From Candidatus Poriferisocius sp. (lineage in GTDB: Bacteria; Actinomycetota; Acidimicrobiia; Acidimicrobiales; Bin134), in assembly GCF_965208355.1 (NCBI RefSeq), contig NZ_CBDBOM010000003.1:1411323-1475322 (forward strand): DNA of 64,000 nt, written 5' to 3'. The notes below the pieces were generated by a model, which did no database searches, was not told the origin of the DNA, and was given only the letters and a program-made list of their open reading frames with translations. Below are positions 33,954 to 43,782 of the stretch, piece by piece (position 1 is the first letter of the stretch; every line of letters begins with the position of its first letter). The position numbers and the translations under genes are program-made.

Positions 33954-35063
33954 TCAGCTGGCGGCTAAGCGCGCCCCCAAGGTGCGCAGCTGCTGGGTGC
34001 CGGCGCCCAGGGAGCATTCAATGTGCTTGTTCCACAGGGTGTAGCGGTGGAGGGGGTAGTCGATGCTCACCCCCATGCCGCCGTGCACGTGTTGAGTGGC
34101 GTGGGCCACGTCGTGGGCCCAATGGGAGGCGTACCACTTGGCGATAGGCAGCCGCATTGAGGCGTCGTTGCCCTCGGCCAGGTCGTACAGGGTGGCGTAA
34201 GTACACAGCCGCACCGCCTCCACGTGCATGAACTGGTCGGCCAGGCGCTGGGTGACTGCTTGGAAGGTGGCCACCGGACGGCCGAACTGCTCCCGTTCGG
34301 AGGTGTACTCGGAGGCTAGGCGCAGCGCCCGATCAACCACACCCACCTGGGTGGCGCACAACAGGGCCACCGCATGATCGGCCAGCCACGCCACCGATGC
34401 CCCGTCGGCCGGACCCAAGGGCTCGCACTGTGCCCCGTAGAAGCTCACCTGATGCACAGGCTGGAGCCGAGTGGACACCCCTGGCTCCAAATTCACCGCC
34501 GGGTCGGACAAGTCGGCCAGAAACAGCCCGGTGCCGCTGATGATGCCGTTGTCGGAGCCGTCGTCGAGCCCGGCCACCACCACGATCTTGGAGGATTCGG
34601 CGGCGAACTCGACCACCTCTTTGGTGCCCACCAGCTTTCCGTCCACCACACGGGCCGTTGGACTGGAGACGTCGTCGTTCAGATATTCCTGAAGGCCCAG
34701 GGTCAACACGTTGGACCCGTCGGCGCAGCCGGGGAGCTCTCGCCGGCGCTGCTCGTCGGAGCCGAAGGCGTCAACCGCCAGTGCAGCCAGAATCCCGCTC
34801 CACAGGGGCAGCGGGGCCACATGGCGCCCCTGGGCTTCCAGCACCTGGCCGACGGCGATCAAGTCCAGACCGCCTCCGCCTACGTCCTCGCCCAGAGCGA
34901 TGCCCACCAGACCCGCGGCGGCCAGCTCGGCATAAAGGTCCCGATCGAACCACTCGTCGGCGGCCTCGACCTCCATGAGCCGCTCCATGTCGAGGCGGTC
35001 GCCCATGATCCGGTTGGCCAGGTCGGCTACCGCCTGCTGTTCTTCATTGAGGGTGAAGTCCAT
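33954..35063 (-). CDS. acyl-CoA dehydrogenase family protein (possible non-catalytic partner subunit)
   Basis: MDFTLNEEQQAVADLA... ACAD fold. The C-terminal motif is LGAGTQQLR instead of YEGTxEIQ. It lies 18 nt downstream of another ACAD gene. Confidence 0.8.
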   Translation of the reverse strand: MDFTLNEEQQAVADLANRIMGDRLDMERLMEVEAADEWFDRDLYAELAAAGLVGIALGEDVGGGGLDLIAVGQVLEAQGRHVAPLPLWSGILAALAVDAFGSDEQRRRELPGCADGSNVLTLGLQEYLNDDVSSPTARVVDGKLVGTKEVVEFAAESSKIVVVAGLDDGSDNGIISGTGLFLADLSDPAVNLEPGVSTRLQPVHQVSFYGAQCEPLGPADGASVAWLADHAVALLCATQVGVVDRALRLASEYTSEREQFGRPVATFQAVTQRLADQFMHVEAVRLCTYATLYDLAEGNDASMRLPIAKWYASHWAHDVAHATQHVHGGMGVSIDYPLHRYTLWNKHIECSLGAGTQQLRTLGARLAAS

Positions 35064-35081
35064 TGTCTTGCCTCCTGCCGG

Positions 35082-36269
35082 CTACTTGCGGCGCTTCTCG
35101 CGAGGCAGACCGAGGCCGGCCATGCCGATGATGTCTCGCTGGATCTCGTTGGTGCCGCCGCCGAAGGTCAGAACCCAACAGCCCCGATACGACTCCTCCA
35201 TTCGGTGGGAGAAATCGGCATGGGGTGAGCCCTTCTTCAGGTGTCCGGTGGCGCCCACCACCTCAGTCAACCCGGAATAGATGAGGTGCATAGACTCCGA
35301 GCCCCACACCTTGATGGTGGATGCCAGCGCCGGGTTCAGATTGGTGCCCACGGTGGACTCGTAGGCCACCTTCCAGTTCAACAGGTCCAAGAACTCCACC
35401 CGGGCCCGGCACTCGGCCAGCTTGACCTGCACCCACTCTTGGTCGATCACCCGGCGGCCGTCGGGCAGCTTGGCCTCTTTGGCCCATTCCACTCCTTGGT
35501 CAACCAGATTGGCTATGCCCCCCGAGGCGCACAGCGACACCCGCTCGTGGTTGAGCTGGTTGGTGATGAGGCCCCAGCCACCGTTCACCTCGCCCACCCG
35601 CAGCCAGTCGGGCACCCGCACGTTGTCGTAGAAGGTGGCTGTGGTGTGGCTGTTGCCCATGGTGACGAAAGGCTGGATATCGAAGCCGGGGTCGTCGGTG
35701 GGCACCAAGAACATGGTGATGCCCTTGTGGGCGGGGGCATCGGGGTCGGTACGGGCGGCCAGCCAGACGTAGTCGGCGTCGTAGGCCAGGCTGGTGAACA
35801 TCTTCTGACCGTTGACCACCCACTCGTCTCCGTCGCGCACCGCCTTGGTCTTGAGGGCGGCCAGGTCGGTGCCCGCAGTGGGCTCGGAATAGCCGATGGA
35901 GAAGTGCATCTCCCCGGCCAGGATCTTCTTCAAGAAGAAGTCCTTCTGGCGGTCGGTGCCGTAGTCCCGAATGGTCGGGCCGACTGTGTTGATGGTGAGG
36001 AACGGCACCGGCACCTGAGCGGCCCACGACTCGTTGAAGAAGATGTACTGCTCGATGGGGGTGAATCCCTTGCCGCCGTACTCCACCGGCCAGCCCACGC
36101 CCAGCCATCCGTCGCTGCCGATCTGGCGGATCAGATCCTTATAGTCCTCATTGGCTTCGGTCTCGGTGTGGCGAATCTTTTCGCGCACCTCATTGGTCAT
36201 GAGGTTGGCGAAATACGTTCGCAGCTCCTGTTGAAGCTCTATCTGGTCATCGGTCAACTCGACGCGCAT
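35082..36269 (-). CDS. acyl-CoA dehydrogenase
   Basis: MRVELTDDQIELQQELRTYF...; FSIGYSEPTAGTDLAAL; GQKMFTS; FGGGTNEIQRDIIG. Confidence 0.85.
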   Translation of the reverse strand: MRVELTDDQIELQQELRTYFANLMTNEVREKIRHTETEANEDYKDLIRQIGSDGWLGVGWPVEYGGKGFTPIEQYIFFNESWAAQVPVPFLTINTVGPTIRDYGTDRQKDFFLKKILAGEMHFSIGYSEPTAGTDLAALKTKAVRDGDEWVVNGQKMFTSLAYDADYVWLAARTDPDAPAHKGITMFLVPTDDPGFDIQPFVTMGNSHTTATFYDNVRVPDWLRVGEVNGGWGLITNQLNHERVSLCASGGIANLVDQGVEWAKEAKLPDGRRVIDQEWVQVKLAECRARVEFLDLLNWKVAYESTVGTNLNPALASTIKVWGSESMHLIYSGLTEVVGATGHLKKGSPHADFSHRMEESYRGCWVLTFGGGTNEIQRDIIGMAGLGLPREKRRK

Positions 36270-36341
36270 AACCCAATTCTGACAGCCCCGGCAAGAGCAG
36301 GGCTATCCAGGGTTGCCCACTAGGCCGATAGCCTCTCGGCA

Positions 36342-36950
36342 ATGTTGGTCGTGGGGCTCACCGGAGGGATCGGGGCCGGGAAATCCACCGCGGCGGCTCG
36401 GTTTGCCGAGCTGGGGGCGGTGGTGATCGACGTGGATGCCATTGGGCGGGATGTGCTGGCACCGGGAGGGCGGGCCGAGCAGGGAGTGATCGACGCCTTC
36501 GGACCGGGAATCACCGACGACAACGGCAATATTGACCGGTCGAAAGTGGCCGCCGAAGTATTCGGACGCCCCGATCGATTGACCGCTCTGGAGGCCGTCA
36601 GCCATCCAGCTATCAACGCCGAACTGGACATCAAGCTTCGGAGCTTGGCAGATGGGGGAAAGGTGCAGGCAGTGGTGCTCGATATGGCGGTGTTGACCGA
36701 GAGCCGTCTCGGTCAATTGGAGTCAGGACGGGGCTATACCAAGGTTTTGGTGGTGGAGGCTCCTGAAGCAGTGCGCTTGCCCCGGCTGATCGAGCGGGGA
36801 CTCACCGAGGAACAGGCCCGGGCTCGCATGGCCAGCCAGGCCAGCGACGAGCAGCGGCGGGCGATTGCCGACCATGTGATCGTGAACGACGGCACACCCG
36901 AGGAACTCGCTGGTGCTGTCGATCTGGTATGGGCTGAGCTGACCGGCTAG
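36342..36950 (+). CDS. coaE: dephospho-CoA kinase
   Basis: MLVVGLTGGIGAGKSTAAARFAELGAVVIDVDAIGRDVL is the CoaE P-loop and N-terminus; 202 aa. Confidence 0.9.
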   Translation: MLVVGLTGGIGAGKSTAAARFAELGAVVIDVDAIGRDVLAPGGRAEQGVIDAFGPGITDDNGNIDRSKVAAEVFGRPDRLTALEAVSHPAINAELDIKLRSLADGGKVQAVVLDMAVLTESRLGQLESGRGYTKVLVVEAPEAVRLPRLIERGLTEEQARARMASQASDEQRRAIADHVIVNDGTPEELAGAVDLVWAELTG

Positions 36951-38149
36951 GAGCGGGGGACTGCCTCCCACGGCTGGCCCTTGTAGGGGTCGGGCTCCTT
37001 GGGCAGGCCCAGCACCCGCTCGCCGATAATGTTGCGCTGAACTTCGTTGGTGCCCCCGGCAATGGACATGGCCGGCGCAGTCATGACGGCGCTGGCCCAT
37101 TCGTCGGCGTCGTCTTCGGTGGCATCCCAAGCCTGGCCAGCCGGTCCAGCCAATTCGATGGCCACGTCGGACGACTGCCGGCTCAGCAAAGCCGCGTTCA
37201 GCTTGGCGATGGAGCCCTCTGGCCCCGGTGCTCGGCCCGATTCAGCGGCCTGGCGAATCCGCATCCCGATGAAGCTCTGGATGCGCTCGCTAATGTAGAG
37301 GTCGGCTATCGCATTACGCACCACTGGGTCGCCGCTGCGACCCTGCTTTCGAGCTTCGGTAGTGAGCTTCGCGCTGGTCATCCGGCCGCTCATGTCCCCC
37401 GATCCGCCTGCGCCGATGGCCACCCGTTCGTACATCAGCATGGCCACGGCCACGTTCCAGCCGTTGCCCTCGCCCCCGACCAGGCAATCGTGGCCCACAC
37501 TCACGTCGGTGAAGTAGACCTCGTTGAAATGCGAGCTCCCGTTGATCTGGCGCAGCGGCCGTATGTCGACGCCGGGCAGCGACAAATCGACGATGAACAT
37601 GGACAGCCCCCGGTGCTTGGGCTGGGTCGGATCGGTGCGGGCCACGCACAACCCGTAGTCGCAGTACTGGGCGCCCGAGGTCCACACCTTCTGGCCGTTC
37701 AGCACCCATTGATCGCCGTCGCGTACCGCCCGGGTGGCCAGCGAGGCCACGTCGGAGCCAGCGCCGGGCTCAGAAAACATCTGGCACCAAAGTTCGTCGC
37801 ATCGGATGATGGCAGCCTGATGGCGGGCCCGCTGTTCGGGGGTGCCGAATTCATTCATCACCGGCAGGCACATCCCATGGGAGATGGAGGCGGGCACGAG
37901 CGGCGCCTGGTATTGGGACTGTTCCTGGTTGAACGCCTCCAGATAGCTCTTGTCGAGACCCTGCCCGCCGTACTCCTCTGGGTAGGTGATGCCCCCCAAC
38001 CCGGCGTCGGCCAACGATTGGTGGAACCTGCGGCACTCGGCCACCAGCGTTTCTTCGGTCCACTCCACCGGCGGCTCACTGCGGGGAACTGCGTTTTCTG
38101 CGAGGAACTCTTGAGCTCGCTGGCGAAACTCTTCAAGGGTCGCGGTCAT
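36947..38149 (-). CDS. acyl-CoA dehydrogenase
   Basis: FSEPGAGSDVASL, GQKVWTSGA, IAGGTNEVQRNIIGERVLGLP. Confidence 0.85.
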   Translation of the reverse strand: MTATLEEFRQRAQEFLAENAVPRSEPPVEWTEETLVAECRRFHQSLADAGLGGITYPEEYGGQGLDKSYLEAFNQEQSQYQAPLVPASISHGMCLPVMNEFGTPEQRARHQAAIIRCDELWCQMFSEPGAGSDVASLATRAVRDGDQWVLNGQKVWTSGAQYCDYGLCVARTDPTQPKHRGLSMFIVDLSLPGVDIRPLRQINGSSHFNEVYFTDVSVGHDCLVGGEGNGWNVAVAMLMYERVAIGAGGSGDMSGRMTSAKLTTEARKQGRSGDPVVRNAIADLYISERIQSFIGMRIRQAAESGRAPGPEGSIAKLNAALLSRQSSDVAIELAGPAGQAWDATEDDADEWASAVMTAPAMSIAGGTNEVQRNIIGERVLGLPKEPDPYKGQPWEAVPRS

Positions 38150-38203
38150 GGCTCAGACACTATTTCGTGGCTAATGGAAATCACGTAGCCGAAAGTCACG
38201 CCA

Positions 38204-39406
38204 CTATGCCGCGGGGCGAACAGCTTCGGCGGGATCCATGCGGGAAGCCCGCCATGATGGGTACATCCCAGCCACCAACCCCACTCCCAGCGTCACTCCC
38301 AATCCGATGCCGATAAACGACAACTCCACCGTCATTGGCCAGTCCAGTACTTGCGTGGCCATGGCCACTACTGCAAGCCCGAGCGCAATTCCCACAAGTC
38401 CTCCGAGCAAGGTCAACAGCATCGACTCGATGAGAAATTGCACAGCGATGTGGATCTTCCGGGCACCGAGTGCCCGGCGCACCCCGATTTCGCCCCGACG
38501 TTCCAGCACCGAGATCAGCATGATGTTGCCCACACCGATGGCCCCTACCACGATGATGACCACCACCAGCAGGCTGAGCAGCGACTCGAAGTTCTCGCTG
38601 ATAATCTCCCGGGCTTCGAGATCCAGTGAAGACACTGCCACCTCGCCGGGAGCTTCAGGGTTGGCCTGGCGGGGGAGCAGCTCCCGGACTTGTTCGATTA
38701 CGTCCAAGTCGGCCTGCACCCAGATGCGCTCAGGATTGTCGTCGGCGTCGTAGAGCTCTTCGGCTACAGGGAAGCCAATCAGCGCAGCCCGATTCAAAGT
38801 AAGCCCTTGGCTGATCGTGAACGGGTCGAGAACACCTATTACTGCAAACTCATGTCCAGAGATGTGGACAGTTGGGTTGGCATAGAGCTCGTCGAAGCCC
38901 AAAACCCCGGCGGTGTCGGACCCGAGGACCACCGTGGGGACCTGCACAGTGGCCGCATCGTGAAATCGACCGTATGCCACTCCGCCCCTCAGTGGCATCA
39001 GAAGATCCAAATCGTCCTCGTTCACTGCGAAGATGCGAATGCCTCCCGTCTCCACGGAGGGGATGAAATCGGTCTTGCGCATCGTGGCTGGCACCCGGCG
39101 GATGGAGGCAACCACATCCACGAGGTCTCGCATGTGGGTGTCGATGGCTGCGGCGGCCCCAGGCAGCAACTCGGGTTCGTCGGCAAAGGAGGTCCCGGGC
39201 GTCAACTCCAGCACGTCGATACCCTGCTCCAGGAGGTCTCTTTGGGCGTCGGCTTCCCCAGAGTTAATGATGCCCACTAGGGCCACCAGGGAGGCCACGC
39301 CGATGGCGATCCCGATGGCGGCCATGGCCGTGCGGCCCTTTCGAGTTCGGAGTCCCAGCGTTCCCAGTGAAAGGGCGTCGCGGAATCGCAATTTGCTGCG
39401 CGCCAT
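38204..39406 (-). CDS. ABC transporter permease, FtsX/MacB type
   Basis: N-terminal TM segment, ~230-aa extracytoplasmic domain, then a C-terminal FtsX 3-TM bundle (GEIGVRRALGARKIHIAVQFLIESMLL). Confidence 0.85.
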   Translation of the reverse strand: MARSKLRFRDALSLGTLGLRTRKGRTAMAAIGIAIGVASLVALVGIINSGEADAQRDLLEQGIDVLELTPGTSFADEPELLPGAAAAIDTHMRDLVDVVASIRRVPATMRKTDFIPSVETGGIRIFAVNEDDLDLLMPLRGGVAYGRFHDAATVQVPTVVLGSDTAGVLGFDELYANPTVHISGHEFAVIGVLDPFTISQGLTLNRAALIGFPVAEELYDADDNPERIWVQADLDVIEQVRELLPRQANPEAPGEVAVSSLDLEAREIISENFESLLSLLVVVIIVVGAIGVGNIMLISVLERRGEIGVRRALGARKIHIAVQFLIESMLLTLLGGLVGIALGLAVVAMATQVLDWPMTVELSFIGIGLGVTLGVGLVAGMYPSWRASRMDPAEAVRPAA

Positions 39407-39407
39407 A

Positions 39408-40103
39408 TCAGACTTCCGCCGAGTCGTGACTGATGCGGCCGTCGAGGATGGAGACCGATCGGGGCATCCTGGCGGCCAGATCTCGGTCGTGGGTGATGAT
39501 CACGATGGTGGAACCCGCTCGATTGAGCTCCAAGAAGAGCTCAACGATCTCCTCGGTGGTCTGAGAGTCGAGATTGCCGGTGGGCTCGTCGGCCAGCACG
39601 ATAGCCGGATCGCCCAGCAGCGCCCGGGCGATGGCTACTCGCTGGCGCTCACCGCCGGAGAGCTTTCCCGGCCTTTGGCCCATTCGGTGGCCGAGCCCGA
39701 CTCGCTCCAGCACTTCGCGGGCCATCTGACGCCTCCAACGCAGACTGACTCCCTGGTAGAGGTTGCCGGTGGACACATTGTCGAGCGCCGACAACCCCTC
39801 CAATAGGTGAAATTGCTGGAACACGAATCCGATGCGTCGTCCTCGGACTGCGGCCACCTCTCGATCTCGCATCCGCGATAAGGCCTGGCCGTCGACAATG
39901 ACATCGCCTGAGCTGGGGCGGTCCAGCGCACCCATGATGTTCAACATGGTGCTCTTGCCCGATCCTGAGGGTCCGACTACTGCCACTAACTCGCCGGCGC
40001 GAATCACCAAATCCACGCCATCGAGGGCTCTCACCGGGGGAGTGCCTGGGTAGTGCTTGACCACCTGGTGCAGCTCTAGCACTTTCCGGGGCTCGGTCAA
40101 CAT
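39408..40103 (-). CDS. ABC transporter ATP-binding protein (MacB/LolD type)
   Basis: [39 protein letters not shown]. Confidence 0.9.
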   Translation of the reverse strand: MLTEPRKVLELHQVVKHYPGTPPVRALDGVDLVIRAGELVAVVGPSGSGKSTMLNIMGALDRPSSGDVIVDGQALSRMRDREVAAVRGRRIGFVFQQFHLLEGLSALDNVSTGNLYQGVSLRWRRQMAREVLERVGLGHRMGQRPGKLSGGERQRVAIARALLGDPAIVLADEPTGNLDSQTTEEIVELFLELNRAGSTIVIITHDRDLAARMPRSVSILDGRISHDSAEV

Positions 40104-40155
40104 CAGAGTGCTCTTTGAGAGCGTCCCAGACTCGGTTCGGCTGGAGGCCGCGCCA

Positions 40156-42057
40156 CTAGGGGATGCGCACGTGGTCGCCTACTTCGAGGTCGCCGCTGGT
40201 GATCTCGACGAAGGCGTCTACGAATGTGCCGACCTCAACTGGAACCAAGGTGGTCGATCCTTCGTGGACCACCTCCACCGAGAACCCCCCGGCCACGGTG
40301 GCGATCAACGCTGAGGCGGGCACCACCAAGGCATTCGGGGTTACCTCTTTGGTGATGGTCCAAGTGACGGGGGCAGCGTCGAAGCGGGACGAGGCCTCAT
40401 CGTCCAGCAAGATGATGATGACCTCGATGGTGGGATCGCCGGGCGCCCCGGTCTGCGGATTGAGCAGCCGGGTGGCCACCCTGGCCACCTCCGAGACTAC
40501 GCCGGGGGAGATTCGGCCATCGGGTAGTTCTACCTCCACCCGGTCTAACCGGTTCACAATTTCGGCGTCGCCGGGATCGATATTGCTTACAATCTGCTGG
40601 TGTTGACCGGTGAAGGTAAATGCCGCGGCTTGGGCGGCCACCGGTTGACCCACGGCTGCATTCACAGCAGAAATTCTGAAGGGCTCCTCGATGAACACGA
40701 TGAAACCCATGGCGATCTCACCGGTCTCCTCGACCCCCAAGCGGTTCTGCCATTCCTCCACTACCCGCTCGGTGGCAATGGTGAAATTCTCGTCAACAGT
40801 CATGTTCTCGATATTGGGTAGGTCCATGTCGTACAAGGCTTGCTCGAGCTGCTCGACATCGGGTCCGTCTTCCATAAAACGCGTGTAAGGGCGATACATC
40901 GGGCGATTGCCCCGCAACAGCACCACTGGATAGCTGTTGACCTCGAAGAGGGTGTCGCCGATATCGAGAATGTCCCCTTCCTCAGGGAGGCGACCGGTGA
41001 CGATCCCTGAGGTGTTGGTGTAGAGCGGCTCGGGATCGCCGAAGCCCAAGGTTCCGGAGAATTCCTCGGTTTCGACCAGATCGCGTCGAACCACCTCCGC
41101 GGTGTTCAACTCCTCTGTCTCGCGGAGAATGTCCTCGGTTATCAATGGGGCCGGGGACGCGGCTTCTGAAGTGGAGGCGGATTCTGAGGCCTGAGTGCTG
41201 GCACTCGAGGTGGGTGCGCTGGAGGTACTCTGCGGGCTGGCGACTGTGGCTTGAGCCGATGGGGTCGGGTCGTCAGGTGTTGAGGGAGCGGCGGCTTCGT
41301 TGGGCTCCCCCCCTCCAAAGACCGGTAGGCACACCCTCAACGCTGCTTGGATTTCCGGAGTCACGCCGGAGCCGTCGCCCTGTCCGGGGAAGCCGGAATT
41401 GGGGTACTGGCCGAAATCGGGGTCGGGGAATTCGTCTACACCCTGGTCTCGCATGCACTGGGCGAACGCCACCGCGTTTTCTTCCTGTTCTACCTGCTGC
41501 ACGTTGGTGTCCTGCTGGGGCGCGAGAGCAATCAGTTCGCTGAAGACGCTGGCACATGTCTGGAGGGCCGGGGCCAAGCCAGGTTGGGTGAAGCTGACCC
41601 CTGCCTCTTGCATGGCTCGGAGGAATGAAGCCTGGTCGACGATCTGGGAGCTGTCGATATCGGGGAAGTCGGGGAATCCCTCCTCACGGATGCAGCGGGA
41701 GAAATCCACGAATGCCTCATCGCGCAGCCTCAGAAGCTCTTCTTCAGAGAGCTCTTCCTCGGAGTCGGCCTGGGCGGGCACCAGTGTCTCAAACTCCTGG
41801 TCTTGGTCTGGCTCGGCCGGAGGGTTGGCGATCTGCTCGTTTTCTGATTCTGGAGCGGGGTCTGGAACTGCGGGGGGATTGGCAATGCGGTCCAGTGCTT
41901 CGAACAGGCCGTCGGGTAGCACTTCGCTGAGATCGGTGGTCACCACATTGTCGGTTTCGCTACCTGGGGCGGTGCCGCAGGCGGTCGCCGTCAACGCGAC
42001 GGCTAGCAGGGCGCCGGCGATCAACCTCTGGTGTCGTATCCGTTTCGAATGCTTCAT
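40156..42057 (-). CDS. secreted lipoprotein: HlyD/MFP-like adaptor with embedded peptidoglycan-binding domain and duplicated N-terminal Cys-pair domain
   Basis: Lipobox LTATAC. PG_binding_1-like segment: [16 protein letters not shown]...[24 protein letters not shown]. The C-terminal beta-rich part ends ...[17 protein letters not shown], as in adaptor proteins. It sits upstream of the MacB-type ATPase and permease. Confidence 0.65.
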   Translation of the reverse strand: MKHSKRIRHQRLIAGALLAVALTATACGTAPGSETDNVVTTDLSEVLPDGLFEALDRIANPPAVPDPAPESENEQIANPPAEPDQDQEFETLVPAQADSEEELSEEELLRLRDEAFVDFSRCIREEGFPDFPDIDSSQIVDQASFLRAMQEAGVSFTQPGLAPALQTCASVFSELIALAPQQDTNVQQVEQEENAVAFAQCMRDQGVDEFPDPDFGQYPNSGFPGQGDGSGVTPEIQAALRVCLPVFGGGEPNEAAAPSTPDDPTPSAQATVASPQSTSSAPTSSASTQASESASTSEAASPAPLITEDILRETEELNTAEVVRRDLVETEEFSGTLGFGDPEPLYTNTSGIVTGRLPEEGDILDIGDTLFEVNSYPVVLLRGNRPMYRPYTRFMEDGPDVEQLEQALYDMDLPNIENMTVDENFTIATERVVEEWQNRLGVEETGEIAMGFIVFIEEPFRISAVNAAVGQPVAAQAAAFTFTGQHQQIVSNIDPGDAEIVNRLDRVEVELPDGRISPGVVSEVARVATRLLNPQTGAPGDPTIEVIIILLDDEASSRFDAAPVTWTITKEVTPNALVVPASALIATVAGGFSVEVVHEGSTTLVPVEVGTFVDAFVEITSGDLEVGDHVRIP

Positions 42058-42893
42058 GTTGTGTCCAGTCCAAATAACCGGCGGGCGTTGCCTCCTGCTA
42101 TCGCAACCTTGTCCTCGTCAGACAGGTCAGATTCCAGAAGCTGGCCCAAGATATGGCTAATGCGTTGACCCAAGGGCCAGGAGTAGAGATCGGTTCCGTA
42201 CACATAACGGTGGGCGCCGTGCTGGCGCACATGGTTAGCGATGAAATCGAAATTGTACGAAAGACTGCAATCAAACACCAGATTGGGGTAGGTGGCGGCC
42301 AGATGGCCGCAGTGCTTGGTGCCCTCGTGGGTGGAGTATCCGTCCAGCACCAACATGGTGAGATCGGAGTGGCGGGAGGCCAGCTGACCCACCTTCCACA
42401 GCGACTCCTCCGCGGTTTCGTCCAATGCGTGGACCACCGGCAGCAGGCCCAACTCGCCCATGGCCCCCACGTATGTGCTTACCCAGTGATTGTCGATGCT
42501 CACCCCTTGGAAGCGGGTGTGAAAGCTCATGCCCGCCAGGCTCAGCGGCCCGGCAGCTCGCTCCAATTCCCCGAGGCTGACCTCGCCGTCGCGGGGCTCC
42601 ACAATGCCTATGGCCACCGGAAAGCGATCGGGAGTGGCGTCTCGGTAGGCGGCGATCTTGTCGTTCACCGCTTGGGTATCGGCATGGCCGTTGGGCCGCA
42701 GGTAGCCGTGGCCGGGGATGACGGCGGCCTGGTCAATGCCTCCACCATCCATGATCTCGATTCGCTTGGTCAGCTCCAGAGCAGCGTAGGCCTCGGGGTC
42801 AGGTGTCTCCTCGGGGGGCAGACCCAACGCACCCGAGGCGTCGCCCACGTGGTGGTGGACGTCGAAGACCGATATACCCGCCGAGCTGCCCAC
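42054..42893 (-). CDS. amidohydrolase-2 family metal-dependent hydrolase/decarboxylase
   Basis: VFDVHHHVG metal-binding HxH near the N-terminus. TIM-barrel-like length (279 aa). Later His/Asp residues are present. Confidence 0.6.
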   Translation of the reverse strand: MGSSAGISVFDVHHHVGDASGALGLPPEETPDPEAYAALELTKRIEIMDGGGIDQAAVIPGHGYLRPNGHADTQAVNDKIAAYRDATPDRFPVAIGIVEPRDGEVSLGELERAAGPLSLAGMSFHTRFQGVSIDNHWVSTYVGAMGELGLLPVVHALDETAEESLWKVGQLASRHSDLTMLVLDGYSTHEGTKHCGHLAATYPNLVFDCSLSYNFDFIANHVRQHGAHRYVYGTDLYSWPLGQRISHILGQLLESDLSDEDKVAIAGGNARRLFGLDTT

Positions 42894-42895
42894 CG

Positions 42896-43696
42896 CTATC
42901 TCCGTTTGAAATTCGGCTTTCGCTTCTGGCTGAACGCCAGCGGCCCTTCTTTGGCGTCCTCGCTTTGGAACACCTTCCAGCCGTATTCGAACTCGTGGGC
43001 CAGGGCTTCTTCTTCGGTCATGCCATCGGTCTCATGCAGCGTGCGCAGAATTGCCTCCACCGCCAGCGGTCCGTTCTCACAGATGGTGGCCGCGATTTCC
43101 TTGGCCTTGTCCAAGGCCTGGCCATCGGGCACCACATGGCCGACCAGGCCGATGTCCTTGGCCTCGGCTGCGGTGATGTGCTTTCCGGTGAGCAAAATCT
43201 CAGCGGCGACGGTGTAGGGGATCTGGCGGCGCAAGCGCACTGCGGAGCCGCCCATGGGATAGAGCGACCACCGGGCCTCTGACACCCCGAACCGGGCGCT
43301 CTCCCCGGCTACCCGGATGTCCATGGCCTGAAGGATCTCGGTACCCCCGGCGATGGCCACTCCTTCCACTGCGGCGATGATCGGCTTGGTGGGCCGGTAG
43401 CTGCGCAACAGCGCCTTCCAGTGCAGTTCGGGGTCGGCCGCTTGACGGGCGGCCACGTCGATCTCCGGGTCGGCGTTGCCGGCGTCGCCGCTCATGGCCT
43501 TGAGATCTGCGCCCGAGCTGAAGTTCCCCCCGGCGCCGGTCACAATGATGCAGCGGATGTCGTCGTTGTTGTCCGCCTCGTAGTAGGCGTCCAACATTCG
43601 CACCATCATGGCCCCCGACAAGGCGTTGTAGCGCTCAGGACGGTTCATGGTGATGATGATTGATTGACCGTCTCGTTCCACGATGGCATCGGGCAC
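42896..43696 (-). CDS. enoyl-CoA hydratase/isomerase (crotonase family)
   Basis: [13 protein letters not shown]...[15 protein letters not shown]...[14 protein letters not shown]. Confidence 0.85.
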   Translation of the reverse strand: MPDAIVERDGQSIIITMNRPERYNALSGAMMVRMLDAYYEADNNDDIRCIIVTGAGGNFSSGADLKAMSGDAGNADPEIDVAARQAADPELHWKALLRSYRPTKPIIAAVEGVAIAGGTEILQAMDIRVAGESARFGVSEARWSLYPMGGSAVRLRRQIPYTVAAEILLTGKHITAAEAKDIGLVGHVVPDGQALDKAKEIAATICENGPLAVEAILRTLHETDGMTEEEALAHEFEYGWKVFQSEDAKEGPLAFSQKRKPNFKRR

Positions 43697-43782
43697 CGGC
43701 TGGTCTCCTTTGTTCGAGGCCGCCTATCTGGCAGCCCCCGAAAACTAGTGGGCCGGTAGGTTCTGGGGCGAAACGGCTTGGA

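Noticed and set aside
43697-43782. A possible tRNA or tRNA-Sec in the 86-nt gap, because of a GTTCGAG T-loop-like string.
   Set aside because: The flanking bases do not form a T-stem. No acceptor or anticodon stems can be drawn on either strand.
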